Shown piece after piece: positions 44,734-54,109 of a DNA stretch of 64,000 bases. Location: the IMG/VR virus record IMGVR_UViG_3300022723_000184, positions 128,001 to 192,000 of that record; one strand, 5' to 3'. The position numbers and the translations under genes are program-made. Source of the stretch: a virus. Lineage: Duplodnaviria; Caudoviricetes. Each line of letters begins with the position of its first letter. Position 1 is the stretch's first letter. The notes beneath the pieces are model-generated. The model did no database searches, was not told the origin of the DNA, and saw nothing but the letters and a program-made list of their open reading frames with translations.

Positions 44734-46521
44734 ATGGCAAAACAACGAAAAGGAAGTCGGCTGAAGCCTCGCGGCGCCGGCCAGTACAGCAACAAGACAC
44801 ACGCCAAGGGCGACAGCTCGATGCCGCCCGACGACAGGTCGCTCAAGACCAACCTGGCCCGCGTCACCCTGGTCCGGCCCAAGTTCACCGGCGGCCCCCT
44901 GTGGTTCCGCCCGTGGCCGTGCCCGGACTTCGCCGATCCGGAGAAGCTGGTCCCCGGCCGCGAGTCCACCGAGGCCCGTGGCCAGAGCCAATGGATCGTC
45001 CGGGCCGAGATGGCCCCATACATCGGCCTCAACGATCCGGCCTGCGAGAAGGTGAGCTTCATCACCCGCTACCCGTGGGACCGTGAGGCCAAGCGGAACA
45101 ACCCGTACCGCGTCCTCTACTTCGCGGCCAAGGACGCTCACGAGGCCGGCTCCTTCGGGCCCGGCCGCAAGTGGGACTCCTACTGGAACAAGATCCTCAG
45201 CGGCAAGAAGGGGCGTGGCGCCGAGCTGGGCTCCCCCTCGCCAAAGTGGTTCGTTCAGGGCGTGGTGTACGCTAACGGCGAGAAGGACTACACGGCCGAT
45301 CGCGACCTGCCGCTGGGCATGGACCCGGCGGACGACCTGGTCGTCATCCAGATGTCGTCGAGCGCCGGCGGCAAGCTCCTGGACCTCCTTGACATCCCGA
45401 AGAAGAACTTCGACGGGGATCCCGAGGAGACCCCTTGGGCGGCGTACAAGTACGGCGACTCTTGCGGCATCGTGAACCCGAAGACCGGGGGCATCGATGG
45501 CGGCCTGATCATGGGCCTGTTCAACCCGGAGAAGACCAAGGACATCGTGAAGAACACGTCCTGGGATCCGGACGAGAAGGACCGTGACATCAAGGGCTAC
45601 GAGGCGGCCATCAGGGCCAGCTTTAAGGGCGCGGACGGCGACGTCTACAAGCCCTCGCTCGACGCCGCCCAGGTGCAGCACATCGGCGAGAAGATACAGT
45701 TCTGGTGGGACGACGTCGACGAGGCCGGCAACATCCAGTCTCCCGGCCTCCTGTGGGTCCCGTCGATCGAGGAGCAGTGCGTCCTGATCGCCAAGGCCTT
45801 CCGCACCGTCCCGCGGCTCCTGCAATACGCCTGGGCCGACTTCGAGGACGAGTTCCTCACCGACGACGTGCGTGGTGTGCTCAACGCCCGCAAGTCGGCG
45901 GTCATGCCGGGCACGGACGGCGACGAGGACGACGATGATGACGACGGCTTCGAGGATAAGAAGCCGCCGAAGCGTGGGGGCGCCAAGCAGGATCCCACAC
46001 AGGCCTCGCAGGACGACGACGATGACGACGAGTTCGAGGACGAGGGTGAAGAGGAGTCCGAAGCCGAAGCCGAAGGCGACGAAGGCGAAGAGGAGGGTGA
46101 CGACGATGGCGACGACACCTTCCCCGACGACACGGTCGACGACGGCGAGGGCGAGGAAGAGCCCGAGTCCGAGGACGGCGACGACGAGGGCCTCGAAGAC
46201 GATGACGACGAGGACTTCGGCGAAGACGACGAAGACTTCGGCGAGGACGCTGGCGAGGAGGAAGGGGAGGAAGAGCCCGAGGGCGACGACTCCGACGACT
46301 CTGAGGACGAGGACGGCGAAGAGGAGGAAGACTCTGAGAAGGCCATGAGGGCCTCGCTCGACGCCGCCAAGGCCCGCCAGGCCAAGCGTGCCACGAAGGC
46401 CGCCCCGGCCAAGAAGTCGACGTCGAAGAAGACGACCGCCAAGAAGACGGGCTCCAAGAAGGCCACGTCGAAGAAGACGACGAAGAAGACCTCGGCCAAG
46501 AAGACCAAGGCCAAGGGCTGA
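44734..46521 (+). CDS. hypothetical protein with long acidic tract and basic AKKT tail (possible ssDNA-binding protein)
   Basis: composition directly visible; SSB role inferred from position before the recA-like gene. Confidence 0.7.
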   Translation: MAKQRKGSRLKPRGAGQYSNKTHAKGDSSMPPDDRSLKTNLARVTLVRPKFTGGPLWFRPWPCPDFADPEKLVPGRESTEARGQSQWIVRAEMAPYIGLNDPACEKVSFITRYPWDREAKRNNPYRVLYFAAKDAHEAGSFGPGRKWDSYWNKILSGKKGRGAELGSPSPKWFVQGVVYANGEKDYTADRDLPLGMDPADDLVVIQMSSSAGGKLLDLLDIPKKNFDGDPEETPWAAYKYGDSCGIVNPKTGGIDGGLIMGLFNPEKTKDIVKNTSWDPDEKDRDIKGYEAAIRASFKGADGDVYKPSLDAAQVQHIGEKIQFWWDDVDEAGNIQSPGLLWVPSIEEQCVLIAKAFRTVPRLLQYAWADFEDEFLTDDVRGVLNARKSAVMPGTDGDEDDDDDDGFEDKKPPKRGGAKQDPTQASQDDDDDDEFEDEGEEESEAEAEGDEGEEEGDDDGDDTFPDDTVDDGEGEEEPESEDGDDEGLEDDDDEDFGEDDEDFGEDAGEEEGEEEPEGDDSDDSEDEDGEEEEDSEKAMRASLDAAKARQAKRATKAAPAKKSTSKKTTAKKTGSKKATSKKTTKKTSAKKTKAKG

Positions 46522-46534
46522 TCGCAGTCGGTGG

Positions 46535-46569
46535 GGGGAGGGCCGAACAACCGGCCCTCCCCTATTTTT
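46535..46569 (+). terminator. rho-independent terminator
   Basis: GGGGAGGGCCG / CGGCCCTCCCC stem followed by TATTTTT. Confidence 0.8.
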
Positions 46570-46581
46570 GACCGCTGGGGA

Positions 46582-46617
46582 GTCGTAATGTCCGCTCACC
46601 GGCTTGGAAGATGAGAC
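46582..46617 (+). CRISPR. solitary degenerate CRISPR repeat upstream of the recA-like gene
   Basis: GTCGTAATGTCCGCTCACCGGCTTGGAAGATGAGAC, 30/36 to repeats 4 and 11; 11 nt before ATG 46629. Confidence 0.88.
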
Positions 46618-46628
46618 GAAGGAACCCG

Positions 46629-48158
46629 ATGGCTAAAAGAAAACCCCGTAAGCCGACACCGAAGCCGGACGTTGAGGGCGACGACTTCGACGAGTTCCCG
46701 GACGAGGTTCGGGAGCAGTCGGAGCCCAGGGCGTCCAAGAAGGCGGCCGAGAAGAAGTCCGCCAAGAAGGCGGCGAGCAAGAAGCGGGTGGCCCGAAAGG
46801 ATCCCCGCGATCAAGAGCAGAAGGGCGAGCAGCGTGGCGAGGTCTCCGACAAACGTGCGCCCAGACCCGCAAGACCCACGGTGAACCTCGACAAACGCAA
46901 GCTGACCAAGAAGCAGAAGGGGCAGCTCGAAGAGTGGCGGGGCAACACGAAGGGCAAGAAGCTCGACAGCTATTTCGCTGGCCAGGTGGAGCAGGCCCGC
47001 AAACAGTTCGGTCACCGAGCGGTCATGGCCGCGACCGAGGCCGCCAACCTGGTCATCGTGATCCCGTGCCCGAGCCTTGCGTTCGAGTACCTGATCGCCC
47101 AGGACGGTTTCCCGCTTGGACTGGTGCTGCACCTGGCGGGTCCTCCTGGCTCGCTCAAGTCGTCGCTGCTCTTGGAGTTCATCCGCTGGTTCCGCATGGC
47201 GGGCGGCGGTGGCATCCTGATGGAGAACGAGACCAAGTACAGCCCGGACCTGCCCAAGTCGATCCTCGGCTACGAGGACGCCGAGGTGGGTTTGATCCTC
47301 AACCGGTGCGTTTCGGTCGAAGACTGGCAGGACAAGCTGACCTACTGGATCGACACCCAGAAGAAGGGCCTCATCGGCACGAAGGAAGAGCCCGGCCCCG
47401 GTCGCACGGTTCCGATTCTGTTCGGCGTCGACTCGATCATGGGCAAGGCCAGCTACGAGACCCAGGAGAAGGTGGCCAAGGAAGGTCACGCCGAGCGCAG
47501 CTTCCCCGTGGAAGCAATGAAGATGACCACCTACATGAAGTCGGTCCCGCAGTGGATCGACGAGTGGCCCTTTGCCCTCGTCCTCAACAACCATCTCAAG
47601 ATCGGCAAGGATGACACCGGCCGCGAGGTGAAGAGGACGGCTGGCGGCGTGGGCGTCAACTTCCAGGAGTCCTGGGAGCTGGAGCCCAGCGTGGTCAAGA
47701 GCAAGATCGGCTCAGCGGACTGGGACGGCGTGCAGATCCGCATCCGTTGCCGCAAGAACTCCATGGGCCCCACGCACCGGCAGATCGAGACCCGGATGCT
47801 CTGGTGGGAAGAGGAGAACAAGGAAACGGGCGAGTGGGAGCAGATCACCGTCTGGGACTGGGACTGGGCGACGATCAAGATGCTCAGCACCCTCAAGAGC
47901 CGCCCAGCGGCCCGGCTCAAGGACGCGGGCTTTCACCTGCAGACGCCCAAGGTCAGCGACGTGGAAAACACGGCCTGGTCCTCGAACCTCGGCATGAAGG
48001 CGAAAGACGCCAAGCCGTGGCAGGAGGTCGGCCGCATGATCCGTGAGGACGATCAGCTGATGGAGACGCTCCGCACGTGCCTGTCGATCAAGCGGCGGCC
48101 GTTGCTGGATGGCGATTACCTGGATCAACTTGAGAGCTTGAGGAAGGACTTGCCGTGA
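46629..48158 (+). CDS. RecA/UvsX-like recombinase
   Basis: GFPLG...AGPPGSLKSS Walker A variant, FGVDSI Walker B, LNNH, AGGVGVNF; long charged N-terminus. Confidence 0.82.
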   Translation: MAKRKPRKPTPKPDVEGDDFDEFPDEVREQSEPRASKKAAEKKSAKKAASKKRVARKDPRDQEQKGEQRGEVSDKRAPRPARPTVNLDKRKLTKKQKGQLEEWRGNTKGKKLDSYFAGQVEQARKQFGHRAVMAATEAANLVIVIPCPSLAFEYLIAQDGFPLGLVLHLAGPPGSLKSSLLLEFIRWFRMAGGGGILMENETKYSPDLPKSILGYEDAEVGLILNRCVSVEDWQDKLTYWIDTQKKGLIGTKEEPGPGRTVPILFGVDSIMGKASYETQEKVAKEGHAERSFPVEAMKMTTYMKSVPQWIDEWPFALVLNNHLKIGKDDTGREVKRTAGGVGVNFQESWELEPSVVKSKIGSADWDGVQIRIRCRKNSMGPTHRQIETRMLWWEEENKETGEWEQITVWDWDWATIKMLSTLKSRPAARLKDAGFHLQTPKVSDVENTAWSSNLGMKAKDAKPWQEVGRMIREDDQLMETLRTCLSIKRRPLLDGDYLDQLESLRKDLP

Positions 48159-48721
48159 GCGATCCCTTTGCTGACCTCAACAAGAATCGGAGCCAGGAAC
48201 AGATCCGGGCTGCGAACGAGGCTCAGTGGGAGGAGGCTGTCGTCAAGCGGACGCTTAAAGAGTTCAGTCTTGGTCCGTCAACCCGACGAGAGATGGCCAA
48301 GATCTGGCACGATGAGCACGGTTCCTTCGCGTTGAAGTTCTCGGTCTTTAACGCTATGTTCGCCGACTTCCCGTTCGTGCTGGGCACCACCAGGCTGGAC
48401 GGGAAGCACGTACATCAGGACCCCAAGGCTACCGAGCCCGCAAGGTTCGAGCGTTTCTCACAGGTCCCCTTTGTCGAGGCTTACCGAGAGTTCTACCAGG
48501 ACGTCTATTGCGAGGCCAATCTGCGTAAGGTGGGTCTGGTCTTTCCCCGCAAAGGCTTCCGCTACGGCATGGTGATCCACAACGACGACTCCGAGGACTA
48601 CTGGTCCTCAGGCCTGTGCTGGGTTTACAAAGCGAAGCAAGGCGACCGGCTGTACATTCAGCCGTTCAGCTCGCTACTCGAAGGAATCAAGAAGAGCCGC
48701 ACATGGCGGCCCGAGACCTAA
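48155..48721 (+). CDS. hypothetical protein
   Basis: GTGA coupling. Confidence 0.65.
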   Translation: MSDPFADLNKNRSQEQIRAANEAQWEEAVVKRTLKEFSLGPSTRREMAKIWHDEHGSFALKFSVFNAMFADFPFVLGTTRLDGKHVHQDPKATEPARFERFSQVPFVEAYREFYQDVYCEANLRKVGLVFPRKGFRYGMVIHNDDSEDYWSSGLCWVYKAKQGDRLYIQPFSSLLEGIKKSRTWRPET

Positions 48722-48738
48722 AAAGTACTTTTTAGGTC
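48715..48738. promoter_or_regulatory. 24-bp perfect palindrome containing AAAAAGTACTTTTT
   Basis: GACCTAAAAAGTACTTTTTAGGTC. Confidence 0.75.
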
Positions 48739-48762
48739 ATGGATGAGTGAAGGAGAACTGTC

Positions 48763-49656
48763 GTGGCAAAAAAGATACTCACCCCCGTTCAGAAGAAGCG
48801 TCAGCAGGTGCTTCAGGAGATGACCCCGGCCCTCAAGAAGGTCGCGGCCAACTTCGACACGAAGATGACCAAGGCGGCGGTCGGCAACCTGACGATCGCC
48901 TACAACATCGGCAAGATCGTCACGAACGTGCTCGCCAGCGAGACCAAGTACGGCGCCAACGCTGTCGAACAGCTCGCGGCCTACATGGGCCACGGCTGGT
49001 CGGCGACCAAGCTTTACGCGTACCGTGACCTGGCGTCCGAGTACACGGAGGCCAAGATCAAGCAGCTGGCCAGGGCCAAGATGGCCGACGGCGGTCACGT
49101 CACCGTGAGCCACTGCCTGGCAATCATCAAGGTCAAGGGCAAGGCCGAGCGGCAGAAGCTCTGGAGGCGGGCCTTCGATGAGGGCCTGAGCGCCGAGAGC
49201 CTCAAGATGGAGATCGCGGCCACCGAGGAGAAGCGGAACACCCGCTCCGGCGGTCGCAAGCCCTCGGTGCCCAAGTCCGTGATGGGCGGCGCCCAGGAGA
49301 TCTTCAACCTCGGCCAGAAGATCAACAACAAGTTCGAGATCTGGGACGAGCACGTGACCGGCGAGGTGATGCAGAAGCCGGCCACGGAGATCAACGACGC
49401 CCTGGTCGAGAAGCTCAGTGCCGCCGAGTCGCAGCTGGAGTCCATGGAGGACAAGCTGATGACCTATCGGCCGAAGCTCCAGAAGGCGATCGATCGGGCC
49501 CAGAAGATCCTGGCCGAGAACAAGAAGGCCGCGGCCCAGGAGAAAGCGAGCCAGACGCGTGTGATGAACGCCGGCCCGTCTCAGACCAAGAAGAAGGTCA
49601 CCAAGAAGAAGTCGACCAAGAAGAAGGTCGTCAAGAAGAAGACGACTAAGAAGTAA
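48763..49656 (+). CDS. DUF1016-N-like protein with Lys-rich tail
   Basis: YNIGKIV..YGANAVEQLA..GWSATKL..SH pattern; tail KKKVTKKKSTKKK. Confidence 0.55.
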   Translation: MAKKILTPVQKKRQQVLQEMTPALKKVAANFDTKMTKAAVGNLTIAYNIGKIVTNVLASETKYGANAVEQLAAYMGHGWSATKLYAYRDLASEYTEAKIKQLARAKMADGGHVTVSHCLAIIKVKGKAERQKLWRRAFDEGLSAESLKMEIAATEEKRNTRSGGRKPSVPKSVMGGAQEIFNLGQKINNKFEIWDEHVTGEVMQKPATEINDALVEKLSAAESQLESMEDKLMTYRPKLQKAIDRAQKILAENKKAAAQEKASQTRVMNAGPSQTKKKVTKKKSTKKKVVKKKTTKK

Positions 49657-49685
49657 AGGGCGAAGGGGGAGCTGAGATCCCACAG

Positions 49686-49723
49686 CCGGCGGCGTTGGAA
49701 TCATTCCGGCGCCGCCGGTTTTT
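49686..49723 (+). terminator. rho-independent terminator
   Basis: CCGGCGGCG / CGCCGCCGG stem followed by T5. Confidence 0.65.
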
Positions 49724-49734
49724 AGGAGGCGGCC

Positions 49735-50517
49735 ATGCAAGTGCCTGGCTTCACGGTGTGCGTTCTTTGCTACGGGGACCACACGGACCTAGCCCAGCGA
49801 TGCCTGGGCAGCATCAGCCGCACGCTCGACAAGCAGCACGTCGTCGATCTGCGGGTGGGGCTCAACGACGTGTGTCCTGGGACCAGGGAGTACGTGTTCG
49901 ACGTGCTCCGTTCAATGGATCTGCTTGACCCTCCCCTGATCTACGAGCCCGAGAGGAACGTCCACAAGTACCCGCTCATGCGGCGGATGTTCTACGACAA
50001 GCTGCGGCCCGTTCAATCGACCCACCTGATGTGGTTCGACGACGACAGCTGCATCACCGACGGCCCCGACTGGTGGGCCAAGACCTGGGCGAAGGCCCAG
50101 CAGTACACGATGATCGGCGACATTTGGTACGTGCCGTACCGGGGTCACACGGAGTGGGTCCGCCGCCAGTCTTGGTACACGGGCAAGCCGTTCCACAAGA
50201 TCCGGGGCCGGGAGGCAATGAAGTTCGCGACTGGCGGCTGGTGGGCGGCGGAGTTCTTGCCGATCCGCAGGTGGAGCTACCCGTGGCAGGAGCTGAACCA
50301 CCGGGGAGGCGACTGCAGCCTGGGCGAGATGCTCAACCAACAGGGCTACACTCTGGGGAAGCACAAGGACGGGCTCTGGATCAACGCGGACGACCGCGGC
50401 AAGAACTCCGGGGCCCCACGAAGGGGTTACGACGAGCGGCCCGTGTGGTACGATTACCGCCCAGAGCCGGACCTGAGCCATCACCGTTTTGATTACCAGG
50501 TCCACGAGGCGACATGA
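49735..50517 (+). CDS. glycosyltransferase family 2-like protein
   Basis: VCVLCYG start strand, LMWFDDDS motif, GGD. Confidence 0.7.
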   Translation: MQVPGFTVCVLCYGDHTDLAQRCLGSISRTLDKQHVVDLRVGLNDVCPGTREYVFDVLRSMDLLDPPLIYEPERNVHKYPLMRRMFYDKLRPVQSTHLMWFDDDSCITDGPDWWAKTWAKAQQYTMIGDIWYVPYRGHTEWVRRQSWYTGKPFHKIRGREAMKFATGGWWAAEFLPIRRWSYPWQELNHRGGDCSLGEMLNQQGYTLGKHKDGLWINADDRGKNSGAPRRGYDERPVWYDYRPEPDLSHHRFDYQVHEAT

Positions 50518-50565
50518 CGGGCCAGATCCCGGCCTGGCCCGCGGTCCAAAAGTCCTGGAGCACCG

Positions 50566-51009
50566 ATGGACTTCACAATTCGGTGGGTCGATGTCTCGGC
50601 CAATCTTCAGACGGGTAAGCAGCCCGTGCTGGTGTTGGAGAGGCCACTTGCCCACGGCAACGACAAACGCGGTGGGCTGTTCTCTGCTGCCGAGGTAGCA
50701 CGTGAGGGTACCTACTGGGTCCCCAGTAACCCGCTCGTCGGTAGCGGCGATCACGGTTGGACGGTGACCAAGAGCGGGCAGTACGTCCGCATCCCTATCC
50801 ATGCCTATCTAACCGCTGAACGGGCCAAGGCCCAGCTTGTGGCGACCGGCATCGAGATCGGGACCCGGGGCATCCTGGAATACACACAGAAAATCGGAAG
50901 CGCACCGAAGGAGTTGGTGTTGGCCCTGGGCACGCAGGTCGATGACCTGGCGCCTGAGGGCAGGAGTCACTTTCGCTGCTACGTGGGTGTGGCGGCGAGG
51001 GTCGAATAG
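50566..51009 (+). CDS. hypothetical protein
   Basis: ORF with RBS GGAG. Confidence 0.6.
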   Translation: MDFTIRWVDVSANLQTGKQPVLVLERPLAHGNDKRGGLFSAAEVAREGTYWVPSNPLVGSGDHGWTVTKSGQYVRIPIHAYLTAERAKAQLVATGIEIGTRGILEYTQKIGSAPKELVLALGTQVDDLAPEGRSHFRCYVGVAARVE

Positions 51010-51017
51010 GAGGCACC

Positions 51018-51362
51018 ATGAGCGACCAAGAAACTGTTGACGTGCCTGCCATGATCCAGCAGCTGTCGAATCGGGTGATCCACCTGCAGAAGCACGCGCT
51101 GGCCTACGGCGGCCTGATGAACGGGCACACACCGATCATGTCGTGGCCAGCCCAGCTGGGCGACAGCCCCGTCGAGATCATGACCGACCTGAGCCTGCTG
51201 CCTGAGCCCAACCGCGAGGCGATCCTCCAGAACATCGCCGCGGTCCACGCTGACGGGATCAACCAGGCCCTGAACCAGGTCGAGGAACTGACGAAGACGC
51301 TCAAGGGCGTCATGCAACCCGGGAAGCAGGAGGCCCCTGCGGAGCCGGCCGGTGGATCCTGA
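51018..51362 (+). CDS. hypothetical protein
   Basis: RBS AGGAGG. Confidence 0.7.
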   Translation: MSDQETVDVPAMIQQLSNRVIHLQKHALAYGGLMNGHTPIMSWPAQLGDSPVEIMTDLSLLPEPNREAILQNIAAVHADGINQALNQVEELTKTLKGVMQPGKQEAPAEPAGGS

Positions 51363-51948
51363 AGAACTCTTACAGGGCGTTGAGGCTACGGACGGCCTGC
51401 GTGTGGTCGAGGTCAACCTCGGTCAAGGGGCCAACGTGAGCCTGCACTTCGCCTTCCGGCAGGGTGGCGAGTTGGTCAGCCCCAACCTGCTGGACACGGG
51501 CGAGAACAGGGACAGCGTCGAGTTCTGGGAAAGGCGAAACCTTGGCCCACGGCAGATGGGCGAGAAGACCAGGGTCCGGGAGCTTGCCGAGGCGGTGTGT
51601 CGATTCCTGAACACCGGCGGCCAGCTCCAAGAGTTGCAGGGCATTTCCAGCTTGCTGGGTTTGCTGCTGCAAGGTAACTGGTCGCTGTCGATCCCCGGCT
51701 ACTACCTACTCGAAACGCACGTCAACGAGGACGGCGACTACGAGCACCTGTTCGCCCCGGAGAGCGGGATCAAGGGCATCCGGTGGGTGGAGGGCTCGTT
51801 CATCGAGCCGGTGGACCTGACGGACGTCCTGAACGAGCTGCGTGCTGAAGAAGGAAAGGAGATAACTCTAGGTGTTGACAAGGTGGAAGCACTCCCTGCA
51901 GAAGGTGCTCGACCTTCGCAGGTCTCTGAGGGAGAACCTTCTCCCTGA
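51352..51948 (+). CDS. hypothetical protein
   Basis: ORF, codon bias. Confidence 0.6.
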   Translation: MDPEELLQGVEATDGLRVVEVNLGQGANVSLHFAFRQGGELVSPNLLDTGENRDSVEFWERRNLGPRQMGEKTRVRELAEAVCRFLNTGGQLQELQGISSLLGLLLQGNWSLSIPGYYLLETHVNEDGDYEHLFAPESGIKGIRWVEGSFIEPVDLTDVLNELRAEEGKEITLGVDKVEALPAEGARPSQVSEGEPSP

Positions 51949-52762
51949 TTTCGTAGACAAGGTGAAGGAAGGCGAGGACTTCGAGATCTTCGTCGAAGAG
52001 GTACTACGGTGGTTACCCAAGTCGGTGTCAAAAGACTGTCTGTTCGAGTCGCTGCGGCACCTGGCCGGCGAGAAGCTGACCAGGGAACTGCTCGACGAGA
52101 CGTGTTGGCGGATCGCCGGCAACCTGGACCGACTCAAGGGCAGGATGGCGGTGTTCCCCTGGAGCCACCAGCCGGAAGAGGAGTGGGTGCCTGTCCAGAT
52201 CCTCTCGGCCCGCCGCCGGCGCGGCGGTCGTGGGAAGCCGGGGTGGCAGTTCACGTTCCACATCCTGGCCGGGCTCAGCTGCACGCTGAAGATCCAGAAG
52301 TTCTGGTCGACCCGGTTCTGCAACTTCCTGGCCAGGGACATGGGGTTCAACACCCGGTACCCGAGCGATCGATCGTCGCGGGTCCCGGAGTACATGTACC
52401 TGCACCCCACCGAGTTCATCAACATGCGGTTGCTGGTCTTGATCGACCCGAAGCAGTCGAAGACGGAACCTGTCTTCGCCCAGACGGGCATCACTCCCCA
52501 GTTACTGGAGTGGAACCGGGAACAGATGCGGTACCGGGACAGGATCAGGCCGGGCTACGTGTGCCCCAGGAACTACCCGGTCAACGTCAAGTGCTACAGG
52601 TGCCCTGCCGGCTACAAGTCGTGCAGGGCCGGCACCCACAAAGAGGACTACCTCATCGACCACTGCGAGTACTGCGGGTTCGATGACGCGGCCTACGACC
52701 CAGACGTCTCCACGGAGATGTGTCTGAACTGCTACAACCATCGCGCCCTGAAGCGTGATTAG
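51872..52762 (+). CDS. hypothetical protein with Cys-rich C-terminus
   Basis: CYRC, CEYC, CLNC; start uncertain. Confidence 0.65.
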   Translation: MLTRWKHSLQKVLDLRRSLRENLLPDFVDKVKEGEDFEIFVEEVLRWLPKSVSKDCLFESLRHLAGEKLTRELLDETCWRIAGNLDRLKGRMAVFPWSHQPEEEWVPVQILSARRRRGGRGKPGWQFTFHILAGLSCTLKIQKFWSTRFCNFLARDMGFNTRYPSDRSSRVPEYMYLHPTEFINMRLLVLIDPKQSKTEPVFAQTGITPQLLEWNREQMRYRDRIRPGYVCPRNYPVNVKCYRCPAGYKSCRAGTHKEDYLIDHCEYCGFDDAAYDPDVSTEMCLNCYNHRALKRD

Positions 52763-52774
52763 AGAAAGGAAGCC

Positions 52775-53596
52775 ATGGGAACCCTAGTCAAACCCAGCGT
52801 CTACTTCGTGGGCGCCACCACCGTCGACGGCAACGAGATCGCCCGCTACCTCCAGGAGACCGGCCAGTCGGAGTTCCTCCAGGACTTCGAGCACGCGATC
52901 ACCGTCGACAAGCTGCATCCGGGCGAGGCCCTCTGCAGCATGTTTGCCAAGATGTGCTACAAGAGTCTGGTCCTGGGCAAGAACGAGAACATCTCCAAGA
53001 CCCGGGACATCAAATCCAACCTGGCCGGCTGCTTCGACCACGGCCACGGCTCGGTCTTCGAGCACGTGCAGCTGAACTTCATCATCGCCAACTGCAGCCG
53101 CGTGTTCACGCACGAGCTGGTCCGCCACCGGGTGGGCACGGCCTTCAGCCAGACCTCCGGCCGCTACGTCAAGGGCAGCGAGGTCGACATCGTCTGGGAC
53201 CCGATTCTCGACCCGGTGCTGGGGCGGGCCGGCAAGCTCGTCAAGCACATCGAGGAGGAGTACGCGGCGATGTGCGAGGAGCTGGGCCTCAACAAGGAGG
53301 GCCTGGACTTCGCCAAGAAGAAGCAGATGACCAGCGCCCTCCGCCGGTTCCTGCCCAACGGCCAGAGCAACGAGATCGCCTTCTCGTGCAACTTGCGGAT
53401 GATCCGCCACCTGGTGATGCTGCGGACCAGCCGCTTCGCCGAGTGGGAGATCCGACTGGTGTTCGAGCAGATCTACAGCCAGGTCAAGGACCACTTCCCG
53501 ATGCTGTTCTACGGGGCTACCGAGGAAGTGGTCGAAGGTATCCTGGAGATCTCCGGGATGAAGATGCAGCCGTACGAGCACGCCGAGGAGAAGTAA
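52775..53596 (+). CDS. thyX: FAD-dependent thymidylate synthase
   Basis: HGSVFEH, FTHELVRHR...SQTSGRY, R.FLP motifs. Confidence 0.95.
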   Translation: MGTLVKPSVYFVGATTVDGNEIARYLQETGQSEFLQDFEHAITVDKLHPGEALCSMFAKMCYKSLVLGKNENISKTRDIKSNLAGCFDHGHGSVFEHVQLNFIIANCSRVFTHELVRHRVGTAFSQTSGRYVKGSEVDIVWDPILDPVLGRAGKLVKHIEEEYAAMCEELGLNKEGLDFAKKKQMTSALRRFLPNGQSNEIAFSCNLRMIRHLVMLRTSRFAEWEIRLVFEQIYSQVKDHFPMLFYGATEEVVEGILEISGMKMQPYEHAEEK

Positions 53597-53599
53597 GCC

Positions 53600-54109
53600 A
53601 TGCCCATCCAGGCTCGCCTATCGCAAGACGATCCGCGGTTCTACAACGTGAACCGCGACGTCGCCCATTGTTTCGAGTCCATCGCCACCGAGGTGGCCGC
53701 CAGGCTCGAAGACGGCCGTTGGCCGGTGTTGAAACGGTACCTCGACGAACACGGGGTCACCGACGAACAGCTGGGAGAGGTCTGCGTGGCCTTCTGCAAG
53801 TTCGTCCTGGGCACTTGCGACGACCCTGCCGAGGGGATGGGCGAGTTGCTGGAGCGGGTCGGATGGCACAACGTCCCGGAAGAGGCCCAGGTGGCTCTGT
53901 GCGCCATCCTGGGCACGGTCATGATGGGCGTGTTCTTCCGGGGAGCGAGGGACGTGACCATGGGGTTCGATGGACCCTGTGCGAACATGAAGCACCTCGC
54001 CGAAGCGGGCCGCCAGGCCCACAAGTGGCTGACGATGCCCCGGTGGAAACGCTGGGTGCTGAGGAAGCTATTGAGGAAGAAGGGCTCCGATGGAAGCAAC
54101 GGCGACTGA
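53600..54109 (+). CDS. hypothetical protein
   Basis: ORF, codon bias. Confidence 0.65.
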   Translation: MPIQARLSQDDPRFYNVNRDVAHCFESIATEVAARLEDGRWPVLKRYLDEHGVTDEQLGEVCVAFCKFVLGTCDDPAEGMGELLERVGWHNVPEEAQVALCAILGTVMMGVFFRGARDVTMGFDGPCANMKHLAEAGRQAHKWLTMPRWKRWVLRKLLRKKGSDGSNGD

